A stretch of 64,000 nt of DNA, taken from NCBI RefSeq assembly GCF_009914755.1, contig NC_060933.1; one strand, written 5' to 3'. Below, piece after piece: positions 13,940 through 30,100 of the stretch. The notes beneath the pieces are model-generated. The model was not told where the DNA came from and searched no databases. It was given only the letters and a program-made list of their open reading frames with translations. Position 1 is the stretch's first letter. Each line of letters opens with the position of its first letter. The stretch comes from the human T2T-CHM13v2.0 reference genome, Homo sapiens. A program made the position numbers and the translations under genes.

Positions 13940-16900
13940 CGTTCCGAGTGGAATAGGACGGAATGTATTCGAGTGGAATGGAAAGGAATGGTATCAACCA
14001 GAGTGGAAAGGAAGGGAATGGAATGGAATGGAAACTAATAGAATGGAATCAACCCGAGTGGAATGGAATGGAAAGGACTGGAATGGAATGGAATGGAATG
14101 GAATGGAATGGAATGGAATGGAATCAACTCGATTGTAATGGATTGGAATGGAATGGAATGGAATGGAATGGAATCAACTCGATTGTAATGGAATGGAATG
14201 GAATGGAATGGAATGGAATGGAATTAACCCGAATACAATGGAATGGAATGGAATGGAACAGAATGGAGTGGAATGGAATGGAATCAACCCGAGTGCAGGG
14301 GAATGGAATGGAATGGAATGCAATGGAATGGAATCATCCGGAATGGAATGGAATGGAATGGAATGCAAAGCAATGGAATCAACTCGATTGCAATGGAATG
14401 GAATGGAATGGAAAGGAATACATTGGAATCAACACGAGTGGAATGGAATGGAAAGGACTGGAATGGAGTGGAATGGAATGGAATGGAATGGAATGGAATC
14501 AACTCGATTGGAATGGAATGGAATGGAATGGAATGGAATTAACCCGAATAGAATGGAATGGAATGGAATGGAACGGAACGGAATGGAATGGAATGGAATG
14601 GAATGGAATGGAATGGAATGGAATCAACCCGACTGCAGGGTAATGGAATGGAATGGAATGCAATGGAATGGATTCAACTTGAATGGAATGGAAAGAATGG
14701 AATCAACACGAGTGGAATGGCATGGATTGGAATGCAATGGAATGGAATCAACCCGAGTACAGGGGAATGGAATGGAATGGAATGCAATGGAATGGAATCA
14801 TCCGTAATGGAATGGAAAGGAATGGAATGGAATGGAATAGAATAGAAAGGAATCAACTCGATTGCAATCGAATGGAATGGAATGGAATTAACCCGAATAG
14901 AATGGAATGGAATGGAATGGAACGGAACGGAACGGAATGGAATGGATTGGAATGGAATGGAAAGGAATGGAATGGAATGCAAAGCAATGGAATCAACTCG
15001 ATTGCAATGGAATGGAATGGAATGGAAAGGAATACATTGGAATCAACCCGAGTGGAATGGAATGGAAAGGACTGGAATGGAGTGGAATTGAATGGAATGG
15101 AATGGAATGGAATCAACTCGATTGGAATGGAATGGAATGGAATGGAATGGAATGGAATGGAATGGAATTAATCCGAATAGAATGGAATGGAATGGAATGG
15201 AACGGAACGGAATGGAATGGAATGGAATGGAATGGAATGGAATGGAATGGAATGGAAACAACCCGACTGCAGGGGAATGGAATGGAATGGAATGCAATGG
15301 AATGGATTCAACTTGAATGGAATGGAAAGAATGGAATCAACACGAGTGGAATGGCATGGATTGGAATGGAATGGAATGGAATCAACCCGAGTACAGGGGA
15401 ATGGAATGGAATGGAATGCAATGGAATTTAATCATCCGTAATGGAATGGAAAGGAATGGAATGGAATGGAATGGAATGGAATCAACTCGATTGCAATCGA
15501 ATGGAATGGAATGGAATTAACCCGAATAGAATGGAATGGAATGGAATGGAACGGAATGGAACGGAATGGAATGGATTGGAATGGAATGGAATGGAATGGA
15601 ATGGAACGGAAATGAATGGAATGGAATGGAATGGAATGGAATGGAATGGAATGGAATGGAATGGAATCAACGCGAGTGCAGGGGAATGGAATGGAATGGA
15701 ATGCAATGGAATGGAATCAACGCGAGTGCAGGGGAATGGAATGGAATGGAATGCAATGGAATGGAATCTTCCGGAATGGAATGGAATGGAATGGAATGGA
15801 ATGGAATGGAATAAACCCGAGTGCAATGGAATGGAGTGGAATGGAATGGAATGGAATGGAACAAACCGAATGGAATGGAATGTAATGGAGAGTAAGGGAG
15901 TTGAATAGAATCAATCCGAATGTAATGGAATGGAATGGAACGGAATGGAATTGAATGGAATGGAATGGAATGCAATGGAATGGAATCAACCCGAGTGCAA
16001 TGGAATGGAGAGGAATGGAATGGAATGGAATGGAAACTACCCGAATGGAATGGAATGTAATGGAGTGTAAGGGAAATGAATAGAATCAATCCGAATGTAA
16101 TGGAATGGAATGGAACGGAATGGAAAGGAATGGAATGGAATGGAATGGAATGCAATGGAATGGAATCAACCCGAGTGCAATCGAATGGAATCGAATGGAA
16201 TGGCATGCAATGGAATGGATTCAACTTGAATGGAATGGAAAGAAAGGAATCAACACGAGTGGAATGGCATGGATTGGAATGGAATGGAATGGAATCAACC
16301 CGAGTACAGGGGAATGGAATGGAATGGAATGCAATGGAATGGAATCATCCGTAATGGAATGGAAAGGAATGGAATGGAATGGAATGGAATGGAATGGAAT
16401 CAACTCGATTGCAATCGAATGGAATGGAATGGAATTAACCCGAATAGAATGGAATGGAATGGAATGGAATGGAACGGAATGGAATGGAATGGAATGGAAC
16501 GGAACGGAACGGAATGGATGGAATGGAATAGAATGGAATGGAATGGAATCAACGCGAGTGCAGGGGAATGGAATGGAATGGAATGCAATGGAATGGAATC
16601 TTCCGGAATGGAATGGAATGGAATGGAATGGAATGAAATGCAATTGATTCAACTCGATTGCAATGGAATGGAATAGAATGGAATGGAATGGAACGGAATG
16701 GAATGGAATGGAATTAACCCGAATAGAATGGAATGGAATGGAATGGAACGTAATGGAACGGAATGGAACGGAATGGAATGGAATGGAATGGTATGGAATG
16801 GAATGGAATGGTACGGAATAGAATGGAATGGAACGAATTGTAATGGAATGGAATTGAATGGAATGGAATGGAATGGAATGGAATCAACGCAAGTGCAGGG

Positions 16901-18610
16901 GAATGTAATGGAACGGAATGCAATGGAATGGAATCATCCGGAATGGAATGGAATGGAATGGAATGGAATGGAATCAACCCGAGTGCAATGGAATGGAGTG
17001 GAATGGAATGGAATGGAATGGAATGGAACAACCCGAATGGAATGGAAAGTAATGGAGATTAAGGGAGTTAAATAGAATCAATCCGAATGTAATGGAATGG
17101 AATGCAACGGAATGGAATGGAATGGAATGGAATGGAATGGAATGGAATGGAATGCAATGGAATGGAATCAACCCGAGTACAGTGGAATGGAATGGAATGG
17201 AATGGAATGGAATGGAATGGAATGCCTTCAAACCGAATGGAATGGAAAGGAATGGAATCAACACGAGTGGAATGGAATGGAATGGAATGGAATGGAATGG
17301 AATGGAATGGAATGATACGGAATAGAATGGAATGGAACGAAATGGAATGGAATGGAATCAACGCGAGTGCAGGGGAATGGAATGGAATCGAATGGAATGG
17401 AAAGGAATGGAATGGAATCAACCCGAGTGCAGGGGAAAGTAATGGAACGGAATGCAATGGAATGGAATCATCCGGAATGGAATGGAATGGAATGGAATGG
17501 AATCAACCCGAGTACAATGGAATGGAGTGGAATGGAAAGGAATGGAATGGAACAACCCGAATGGAATGGAATGTAATCGGGAGTAAGGGAGTTGAAAAGA
17601 ATCAATCCGAATGTAATGGAATGGAATGGAACGGAATGGAATGGAATGGAATGGAATGGAATGGAATGCAATGGAATGGAATCAACCCGAGTACAATGGA
17701 ATGTAATGGAATGGAATGGAATGGAATTGAATGGAATGGAATGCAATGGAATGGAATCTTCCGGAATGGAATGGAATGGAATGGAATGGAATGGAATGCA
17801 ATGGATTCAACTCGATTGCAATGGAATGGAATGGAATGGAATGGAATGGAATGGAATTAAACCGAATAGAATGGAATGGAATGGAAAGGAAAGGAACAGA
17901 ACGGAACGGAACGGAACGGAGTGGAATGGAATGGAATGGAATTGTATGGAATGGAATGGAATGGTACGCAATAGAATGGAATGGAAAGAATTGGAATGGA
18001 ATGGAATCGAATGGAATGGAATGGAATGGAATGGAATCAACCCGAGTGCAGGGGAATGTAATGGAACGGAATGCAATGGAATGGAATCATCCGGAATGGA
18101 ATGGAATGGAATGGAATGGAATGGAATGGAATGGAATCAACCCGAGCGCAATGGAATGGAGTGGAATGGAATGGAATGGAATGGAACAACCCGAATGGAA
18201 TGGAATGTAATGGAGAGTAAGGGAGTTGAATAGAATCAATCAGAATGTAATGGAATGGAACGGAATGGAACGGAATGGAATGGAATGGAATGGAATGGAA
18301 TGCAATGGAATGGAATCAACCCGAGTACAATGGAACAGAATGGAATGTAATGGAATGGAATGGAATGGAATGGAATGGAATGGAATGGAATCAACCCGAG
18401 TGCAATGGAACGGAGAGGAATGGAATGGAATGGAATGGAAACTACCCGAATGGAATGGAATGTAATGGAGTGTAAGGGAATTGAATAGAATCAAACCGAA
18501 TGGAATGGAATGGAATGGAATGGAATGGAATGGAATGGAATGGAATCAACTCGATTGCAATGGAATGGAATGGAATGGAATTAACCCGAATAGAATGGAA
18601 TGGAATGGAA

Positions 18611-21600
18611 TGGAACGGAACGGAACGGAATGGAATGGATTGGAATGGAATGGAATGGAGTGGAATGGAACGGAAAGGAATGGAATGGAATGGAATGGAA
18701 TGGAATGGAATGGAATGGAATGGAATCAACGCGAGTGCAGGGAAATGGAATGGAATGGAATGCAATGGAATGGAATCTTCCGGAATGGAATGGAATGGAA
18801 TGGAATGGAATGGAATGGAATGGAATGCAATGGAATGGAATCTTCCGGAATGGAATGGAATGTAATGTAATGGAATGGAATGGAATGGAATGGAATGGAA
18901 TGGAATAAACCCGAGTGCAATGGAATGGAGTGGAATGGAATGGAATGGAATGGAACAACCCGAATGGAATGGAATGTAAAGGACACTAAGGGAGTTGAAT
19001 AGAATCAATCCGAATGTAATGGAATGGAATGGAACGGAATGGAATGGAATGGAATGGAATGGAATGCAATGGAATGGAATCAACCCGAGTTCAATGGAAT
19101 GGAGAGGAATGGAATGGAATGGAATGGAAACTACCCGAATGGAATGGAATGTAATGGAGTGTAAGGGAATTGAATAGAATCAATCCGAATGTATTGGAAT
19201 GGAATGGAACGGAATGGAATAGAATGGAATGGAATGGAATGGAATGGAATGGAATGCAATGGAATGGAATCAACCCGAGTGCAATCGAACGGAATCGAAT
19301 GGAATGGAATGTAATGGAATGGATTCAACTTGAATGGAATGGAAAGAATGGAATCAACACGAGTGGAATGGCATGGATTGGAATGGAATGGAATGGAATC
19401 AACCCGAGTACAGGGGAATGGAATGGAATGGAATGCAATGGAATGGAATCATCCGTAATGGAATGGAAAGGAATGGAATGGAATGGAATGGAATGGAATG
19501 GAATCAACTCGATTGCAATCGAATGGAATGGAATGGAATTAACCCGAATAGAATGGAATGGAATGGAATGGAACGGAACGGAATGGAACGGAATGGAATG
19601 GAATGGAATGTAACGGAACGGAACGGAATGGATGGAATGGAATGGAATGGAATGGAATCAACGCGAGTTCAGGGGAATGGAATGGAATGGAATGCAATGT
19701 AATGGAATCTTTCGGAATGGAATGGAATGGAATGGAATGGAATGAAATGCAATTGATTCACCTCGATTGCAATGGAATGGAATAGAATGGAATGGAATGG
19801 AATGGAATGGAATGGAATTAACCCGTATAGTATGGAATGGAATGGAATGGAACGGAATGGAACGGAATGGAATGGAATGGAATGGAATGGAATGGTATGG
19901 AATGGAATGGAATGGTACGGAATAGAATGGAATGGAACGAATTGTAATGGAATGGAATTGAATGGAATGGAATGGAATGGAATGGAATCAACGCGAGTGC
20001 AGGGGAATGTAATGGAACGGAATGCAATGGAATGCAATCATCCGGAATGGAATGGAATGGAATGGAATGGAATGGAATCAACCCGAGTGCAATGGAATGG
20101 AGTGGAATGGAATGGAATGGAACAACCCAAATGGAATGGAATGTAATGGAGAGTAAGGGAGTTGAATAGAATCAATCCGAATGTAATGGAACGGAATGCA
20201 ACGGAATGGAACGGAATGGAATGGAATGGAATGGAATGCAATAGAATGGAATCAACCCGACTACAATGGAATGGAATGGAATGGAATGGAATGGAATGGA
20301 ATGGAATGGAATGGAATGGAATGCAATGGAATGGAATCTTCCGGAATGGAATGGAATGGAATGGAATGGAATGCAATGGTTTCAACTCGATTGCAATGGA
20401 ATGGAATAGAATGGAATGGAATGGAATGGAATGGAATGGAATTAAACCGAATAGAATGGAATGGAATGGAATGGAATGGAATGGAATGGAATGCAATGGA
20501 ATGGAATCAACCCGAGTACAATGGAACGGAATGTAATGTAATGTAATGTAATGGAATTGAATGGAATGGAATGGAATCAACCCGAGTGCAATGGAATGGA
20601 GAGGAATGGAATGGAATGGAATGGAAACTACCCGAATGGAACGGAATGTAATGGAGTGTAAGGGAATTGAATAGAATCAATCCGAATGGAATGGAATGGA
20701 ATGGAACGGAATCTAATGGAATGGAATGGAATGGAATCAACCCGAGTGCAGGGGAATGGAATGGAATGGAATGCAATGGATTGGAATCATCCGGAATGGA
20801 ATGGAATGGAATGCAATGGAATGGAATGGAATGGAATCAACCCGAGTGCAATGGAATGGAGTGAAATGGAATGGAATGGAATGGAAACAACCAGAATGGA
20901 TTTGAATATAATGGAGTGTAAGGGAATTGAATAGAATCAATCTGAATGTAATGAAATGGAATGGAACGGAATGGAATGGAATGGAATGGAATGGAATGGA
21001 ATGCAATGGAATGGAATCAACCCGAGTGCAATCGAATGGAATCGAATGGAATGGAATGCAATGGAATGGATTCAACTTGAATGGAATGGAAAGAATGGAA
21101 TCAACACGAGTGGAATGGCATGGATTGGAATGGAATGGAATGGAATCAACCCGAGTACAGGGGAATGGAATGGAATGGAATGCGATGGAATGGAATCATC
21201 CGTAATGGAATGGAAAGGAATGGAATGGAATGGAATGGAATGGAATGGAATGGAATCAACTCGACTGCAATCGAATGGAATTAACCCGAATAGAATGGAA
21301 TGGAATGGAATGGAATGGAACGGAACGGAATGGAATGGAATGGAATGGAATGGAACGGAACGGAACGGAATGGAATGGAATGGAATGGAATGGAATGGAA
21401 TGGAATGGAATCAAGGCGAGTGCAGGGGAATTGAATGGAATGGAATGCAATGGAATGGAATCTTCCGCAATGGAATGGAATGGAATGGAATGAAATGCAA
21501 TGGATTCAACTCGATTGCAATGGAATGGAATAGAATGGAATGGAATGGAATGGAATGGAATGGAATTAACCCGAACAGAATGGAATGGAATGGAATGGAA

Positions 21601-24600
21601 CGGAATGGAACGGAATGGAATGGAATGGAATGGAATGGAATGGAATGGAATTGTATGGAATGGAATGGAATGGTACGGAATAGAATGGAATGGAACGAAT
21701 TGTAATGGAATGGAATTGAATGGAATGGAATGGAATGGAATGGAATCAACGCGAGTGCAGGGGAATGTAATGGAACGGAATGCAATGGAATGGAATCATC
21801 CGGAATGGAATGGAATGGAATGGAATGGAATGGAATGGAATGGAATCAATCCGAGTGCAATGGAATGGAGTGGAATGGAATGGAATGGAATGGAACAACC
21901 CGAATGGAATGGAATGAAATGGAGAGTAAGGGAGTTGAATAGAATCAATCCGAATGTAATGGAATGGCATGCAACGGAATGGAATGGAATGGAATGGAAT
22001 GCAATGGAATGGAATCAACCCGAGTACAATGGAATGGAATGGAATGGAATGGAATGGAATGGAATGGAATGGAATGGAATGCCTTCAAACCGAATGGAAT
22101 GGAAAGGAATGAAATCAACACGAGTGGAAAGGAATGGAATGGAATGGAATGGAATTGAATGGAATGGAATGGAATGATACGGAATAGAATGGAATGGAAC
22201 GAAATGGAATGGAATGGAATGGAATGGAATGGAATGGAATGGAATGGAATCGTTCCGAGTGGAATAGGAGGGAATGTATTCGAGTGGAATGGAAAGGAAT
22301 GGAATCAACCAGAGTGGAATGGAAGGGAATGGAATGGAATGGAAACTAATAGAATGGAATCAACCCGAGTGGAATGGAATGGAAAGGACTGGAATGGAAA
22401 GGAATGGAATGGAATGGAATGGAATGGAATGGAATGGAATGGAATCAAAGTGAGTGCAGGGGAATGGAATGGAATCGAATGGAATGGAATGGAATGGAAT
22501 GGAATCAACCCGAGTGCAGGGGAATGTAATGGAACGGAATGCAATGGAATGGAATCATCCGGAATGGAATGCAATGGAATGGAATGGAATCAACCCGAGT
22601 GCAATGGAATGGAGTGGAATGGAATGGCATGGAATGGAACAATCCGAATGGAATGGAATGTAATGGAGAGTAAGGGAGTTGAAAAGAATCAATCCGAATG
22701 TAATGGAATGGAACCGAATGGAATGGAATGGAATGGAATGGAATGGAATGGAATGGAATGGAATGCAGTGGAATGGAATCAACCCGAGTACAATGGAATG
22801 GAATGGAATGGAATGCAATGGAATGGAATGGAATGGTACGGAATAGAATGGAATGGAACGAAATGGAATGGAATGGAATGGAATGGAATGGAATGGAATG
22901 GAATGGAATCGTTCCGAGTGGAATAGTAGGGAATGTATTCGAGTGGAATGGAAAGGAATGGAATCAACCAGAGTGGAATGGAAGGGAATGGAATGGAATG
23001 GAAACTAATAGAATGGAATCAACCCGAGTGGAAGGGAATGTAAAGGACTGGAATGAAATGGAATGGAATGGAATCAACTCGATTGTAATGGAATGGAATG
23101 GAATGGAATGGAATGGAATGGAATGGAGTGGAATGGAATGGAATCAACCCGAGTGCAATGGAATGGAGTGGAATGGAATGGAATGGAATGGAACAACCCG
23201 AATGGAATGGAATGTAATGGAGAGTAAGGGAGTTGAATAGAATCAATCCGAATGTAATGGAATAGAATGGAACGGAAGGGAAATGAATGGAATGGAATGG
23301 AATTCAATGGAATGGAATCAACCCGAGTGCAATGGAATGGAGAGGAATGGAATGGAATGGAATGGAAACTACCCGAATGGAATGGAATGTAATGGAGTGT
23401 AAGGGAATTGAATAGAATCAATCCGAATGTAATGGAATGGAATGGAACGGAATGGAATGGAATGGAATGGAATGAAATGGAATGCAATGGAATGGAATCA
23501 ACCCGAGTGCAATCGAATGGAATCGAATTGAATGGAATGCAATGGAATGGATTCAACTTGAATGAAATGGAAAGAATGGAATCAACACGAGTGGAATGGC
23601 ATGGATTGGAATGGAATGGAATGGAATCAACCCGAGTACAGGGGAATGGAATGGAATGGAATGCAATGGAATGGAATCATCCGTAATGGAATGGAAAGGA
23701 ATGGAATGGAATGGATTGGAATGGAATGGAATGGAATTTAATGGAATGGAATCAACTCGATTGCAATCGAATGGAATGGAATGGAATTAACCCGAATAGA
23801 ATGGAATGGAATGGAATGGAACGGAACGGAATGTAATGGAATGGAATGGAACGGAACGGAATGGAATGGAATGGAATGGAATGGAATCAACGCGAGTGCA
23901 GGGGAATGGAATGGAATGGAATGCAATGGAATGGAATGGAATGGAATGGAATTAACCCGAATACAATGGAATGGAATGGAATGGAACAGAATGGAGTGGA
24001 ATGGAATGGAATCAACCCGAGTGCAGGGGAATGGAATGGAATGCAAGGCAATGGAATGGAATCATCCGGAATGGAATGGAATGGAATGCAAAGCAATGGA
24101 ATCAACTCGATTGCAATGGAATGGAAAGGAATGGAAAGGAGTACATTGGAATCAACCCCAGTGGAATGGAATGGAAAGGACTAGAATGGAGTGGAATGGA
24201 ATGGAATGGAATGGAATGGAATGGAATGGAATGGAATCAAATTGATTGGAATGGAATGGAATGGAATGGAATGGAATGGAATGGAATGGAATTAACCCGA
24301 ATAGAAAGGAATGGAATGGAATGGAACGGAACGGAATGGAATGGAATGGAATGGAATGGAATGGAATTGAATGGAATGGAATCAACCTGACTGCAGGGGA
24401 ATGGAATGGAATGGAATGCAATGGAATGGATTCAACTTGAATGGAATGGAAAGAATGGAATCAACACGAGTGGAATGGCATGGATTGGAATGGGATGGAA
24501 TGGAATCAACCCGAGTACAGGGGAATGGAATGGAATGGAATGCAATGGAATGGAATCATCCTTAATGGAATGGAAAGGAATGGAATGGAATGGAATGGAA

Positions 24601-27600
24601 TGGAATGGAATGGAATGGAATGGAATGGAATCAACTCAATTGCAATCGAATGGAATGGAATGGAATTAACCCGAATAGAATGGAATGGAATGGAATGGAA
24701 CGGAACGGAATGGAACGGAATGGAATGGAATGGAATGGAATGGAATGGAATGGAATGGAACGGAAAGGAATGGAATGGAATGGAATGGAATGGAATGGAA
24801 TGGAATGGAATGGAATGGAATCAACTCGAGTGCAGGGGAATGGAATGGAATGGAATGCAATGGAATGGAATCTTCCGGAATGGAATGGAATTGAATGGAA
24901 TGGAATGGAATGGAATGGAATAAACCCGAGTGCAATGGAATGGAGTGGAATGGAATGGAATGGAATGGAAAAACCAGAATGGAATGGAATGTAATGCAGA
25001 CTAAGGGAGTTGAATAGAATCAATCCGAATGTAATGGAATGGAATGGAACGGAATGGAATTGAATGGAATGGAATGGAATGGAATGCAATGGAATGGAAT
25101 CAACCCGAGTGCAATGGAATGGAGAGGAATGGAATGGAATGGAATGGAAACTACCCGAATGGAATGGAATGTAATGGAGTGTAAGGGAATTGAATAGAAT
25201 CAATCCGAATGTAATGGAATGGAAAGGAACGGAATGGAATGGAATGGAATGGAATGGAATGGAATGGAATGGAATGGAATGGAATGCAATGGAATGGAAT
25301 CAACCCGTGTGCAATCGAATGGAATCGAATTGAATGGAATGCAATGGAATGGATTCAACTTGAATGGAATGGAAAGAATGGAATCAACACGAGTGGAAGG
25401 GCATGGATTGGAATGCAATGCAATGGAATCAACCCGAGTACAGGGGAATGGAATGGAATGGAATGCAATGGAATGGAATGGAATGCAATGGAATGGAATC
25501 ATCCGTAATGGAATGGAAAGGAATGGAATGGAATGGAATGGAATGGAATGGAATGGAATGGAATGGAATGGAATCAACACGATTGCAGTCGAATGGAATG
25601 GAATGGAATTAACCCGAATAGAATGGAATGGAATGGAATGCAACGGAACGGAATGGAATGGAATGGAATGGAATGGAACGGAACGGAACGGAACGGAATG
25701 GAATGGAATGGAATGGAATGGAATGGAATGGAATCAACGCGAGTGCAGGGAGATGGAATGGAATGGAATACAATGGAATGGAATGCAATGGAATGGAATC
25801 TTCCGGAATGGAATGGAATGGAATGGAATGGAATGAAATGCAATGGATTCAACTCGATTGCAATGGAATGGAATAGAATGGAATGGAATGGAATGGAATG
25901 GAATTAACCCGAATAGAATGGAATGGAATGGAATGGAACGGAATGGAACGGAATGGAATGGAATGGAATGGAATGGAATGGAATGGAATGGTACGGAATA
26001 GAATGGAATGGAACGAATTGCAATGGAATGGAATTGAATGGAATGGAATGGAATGGAATGGAATGGAGTGGAATGGAATGGAATCAACGCGAGTGCAGGG
26101 GAATGTAATGGAACGGAATGCAATGGAATGGAATCATCCGGAATGGAATGGAATGGAATGGAATGGAATGGAATCAACCCGAGTGCAATGGAATGGAGTT
26201 GAATGGAATGGAATGGAATGGAACAACCCGAATGGAATGGAATGGAATGGAGAGTAAGGGAGTTGAATAGAATCAATCCGAATGTAATGGAATGGAATGC
26301 AACGGAATGGAATGGAATGGAATGGAATGGAATGGAATGGAATGGAATGGAATGCAAAGGAATGGAATCAACCCGAGTGGAATGGCATGGAATGGAATGC
26401 AATGGAATGGAATGGAATGGAATCAACTCGAGTGGAAAGGAATGGAATGGAATGGAAAGGAATGGAATGAAATCAACTCGAGTGGAATGGAATGGAATGG
26501 AATGGAATAGATTGGAATGGATTGCAACGGAATGAAATGGAATGCAATGGAATGGAATCAATCATTCCGAGTGGAATGTAAGGGAATGTAATGGAGTGGA
26601 AAGAAGGGAATGGAATCAACCCGATTGGAATGCAAGGCAATGGAGTGGAATGGAAAGGAATGGAATGGAATCAACTCGATTGCAATGGAATGGAATGGAA
26701 TGGAATGGAATGGAATGGAATTAACCGGAATAGAATGGAATGCAATGGAATGGAACGGAATGGAATGGAATGGAAGGTAATGGAATCAACACGAGTGCAG
26801 GGGAATGGAATGGAATGGAATGCAATGGAATGGAATCATCCGGAATGGAATGGAATGGAATGGAATCAACTCCATTGCAATGGAATGGAATGGAATGGAA
26901 TGGAATAGAATGGAATGGAATTAACCCGAATAGAATGGAATGCAAAAGAATGGAATGGAACGGAACCGAATGGAGTGGAATGGAATGGAATGGAATCAAC
27001 CTGAGTGCAGGGGAATGGAATGGAATGGAATGCAATGGCATGGAATCTTCCGGAATGGAATAGAATGGAATGGAATGGAATCAAACCGAGTGCAATGGAA
27101 TGGAGTGAAATGGAATGGAATGGAATGGAAACAACAAGAATGGATTGGAATATAATGGAGTGTAAGGGAATTGAATAGAATCAATCTGAATGTAATGAAA
27201 TGGAATCGAACGGAATGGAATGGAATGGAATGGTATCGAATGGAATGGAATGGAATGGAATCAACCCGAGTGCAATGGAATGGATTCGAATGGAATGGAA
27301 TGGAACGGAACGGAACGGAATGGAATGGATTGGAATGGAATGGAATGGAGTGGAATGGAACGGAAAGGAATGGAATGGAATGGAATGGAATGGAATGGAA
27401 TGGAATGGAATGGAATGGAATCAACGCGAGTGCAGGGAAATGGAATGGAATGGAATGCAATGGAATGGAATCTTCCGGAATGGAATGGAATGGAATGGAA
27501 TGGAATGGAATGGAATGGAATGCAATGGAATGGAATCTTCCAGAATGGAATGGAATGTAATGTAATGGAATGGAATGGAATGGAATGAAATGAAATGGAA

Positions 27601-30100
27601 TAAACCCGAGTGCAATGGAATGGAGTGGAATGGAATGGAATGGAATGGAACAACCCGAATGGAATGGAATGTAAAGGAGACTAAGGGAGTTGAATAGAAT
27701 CAATCCGAATGTAATGGAATGGAATGGAACGGAACGGAATGGAATGGAATGGAATGGAATGCAATGGAATGGAATCAACCCGAGTTCAATGGAATGGAGA
27801 GGAATGGAATGGAATGGAATGGAAACTACCCGAATGGAATGGAATGGAATGGAGTGTAAGGGAATTGAATAGAATCAATCCGAATGTAATGGAATGGAAT
27901 GGAACGGAATTTAATAGAATGGAATGGAATGGAATGGAATGGAATGCAATGGAATGGAATCAACCCGAGTGCAATCGAACGGAATCGAATGGAATGGAAT
28001 GTAATGGAATGGATTCAACTTGAATGGAATGGAAAGAATGGAATCAACACGAGTGGAATGGCATGGATTGGAATGGAATGGAATGGAATCAACCCGAGTA
28101 CAGGGGAATGGAATGGAATGGAATGCAATGGAATGGAATCATCCGTAATGGAATGGAAAGGAATGGAATGGAATGGAATGGAATGGAATGGAATCAACTC
28201 GATTGCAATCGAATGGAATGGAATGGAATTAACCCGAATAGAATGGAATGGAATGGAATGGAACGGAACGGATTGGAACGGAATGGAATGGAATGGAATG
28301 GAACTCAACGGAACGGAATGGATGGAATGGAATGGAATGGAATGGAATGGAATCAACGCGAGTGCAGGGGAATGGAATGGAATGGAATGCAATGTAATGG
28401 AATCTTTCGGAATGGAATGGAATGGAATGGAATGGAATGAAATGCAATTGATTCAACTCGATTGCAATGGAATGGAATAGAATGGAATGGAATGGAATGG
28501 AATGGAATGGAATTAACCCGAATAGTATGGAATGGAATGGAATGGAACGGAATGGAACGGAATGGAATGGAATGGAATGGAATGGAATGGTATGGAATGG
28601 AATGGAATGGTACGGAATAGAATGGAATGGAACGAATTGTAATGGAATGGAATTGAATGGAATTGAATGGAATGGAATGGAATCAACGCGAGTGCAGGGG
28701 AATGTAATGGAACGGAATGCAATGGAATGGAATCATCCGGAATGGAATGGAATGGAATGGAATGGAATGGAATCAACCCGAGTGCAATGGAATGGAGTGG
28801 AATGGAATGGAATGGAATGGAACAACCCAAATGGAATGGAATGTAATGGAGAGTAAGGGAGTTGAATAGAATCAATCCGAATGTAATGGAACGGAATGCA
28901 ACGGAATGGAACGGAATGGAATGGAATGGAATGGAATGCAATAGAATGGAATCAACCCGAGTACAATGGAATGGAATGGAATGGAATGGAATGGAATGGA
29001 ATGGAATGGAATGGAATGGAATGGAATGCAATGGAATGGAATCTTCCGGAATGGAATGGAATGGAATGCAATGGTTTCAACTCGATTGCAATGGAATGGA
29101 ATAGAATGGAATGGAATGGAATGGAATGGAATGGAATTAAACCGAATAGAATGGAATGGAATGGAATGCAAAGGAATGGAATGGAATGGAATCAACCCGA
29201 GTGCAATGGAATGGAGTGAAATGCAATGGAATGGAAAGGAAACAACCAGAATGGATTTGAATATAATGGAGTGTAAGGGAATTGAATAGAATCAATCTGA
29301 ATGTAATGAAATGGAATGGAACGGAATGGAATGGAATGGAATGGAATGGAATGGAATGCAATGGAATGGAATCAACCCGAGTGCAATCGAATGGAATCGA
29401 ATGGAACGGAATGCAATGGAATGGATTCAACTTGAATGGAATGGAAAGAATGGAATCAACACGAGTGGAATGGCATGGATTGGAATGGAATGGAATGGAA
29501 TCAACCCGAGTACAGGGGAATGGAATGGAATGGAATGCAATGGAATGGAATCATCCGTAATGGAATGGAAAGGAATGGAATGGAAAGGAATGGAATGGAA
29601 TGGAATGGAATGGAATCAACTCGACTGCAATCGAATGGAATTAACCCGAATAGAATGGAATGGAATGGAATGGAACGGAACGGAATGGAATGGAATGGAA
29701 TGGAATGGATTTGTATGGAATGGAATGGAATGGTACGGAATAGAATGGAATGGAACGAATTGTAATGGAATAGAATTGAATGGAATGGAATGGAATGGAA
29801 TGGAATCAACGCGAGTGCAGGGGAATGTAATGGAACGGAATGCAATGGAATGGAATCATCCGGAATGGAATGGAATGGAATGGAATGGAATGCAATGGAA
29901 TGGAATCAACCCGAGTACAATGGAATGGAATGGAATGGAATGGAATGGAATGGAATGGAATGGAATGCCTTCAAACCGAATGGAATGGAAAGGAATGAAA
30001 TCAACACGAGTGGAATGTAATGGAATTCAATGGAATGGAATGGAATGGAAGGATACGGAATAGAATGGAATGGAACGAAATGGAATGGAATGGAATGGAA
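18611..30100 (+). repeat. Dispersed duplication: ~18.6-22.2 kb repeated with internal deletions at ~27.3-30.1 kb
   Basis: Shared private variants appear in the same order: doubled CTTCC (18777+18842 / 27472+27537), GTAAAGGA(C/G)ACTAAGG, GCAATCGAACGG, CTTTCGG (19709/28404), CAACCCAAATGG, GGTTTCAACTCG and CAACTCGACTGC. The initial offset is 8690 bp. Confidence 0.85.

Noticed and set aside
24238-24255. DUX4-like site in CAAATTGATTGGAATG
   Set aside because: It has mismatches to TGATT(A/G)(G/A)ATTA. DUX4 binding is established for HSATII, not this motif.
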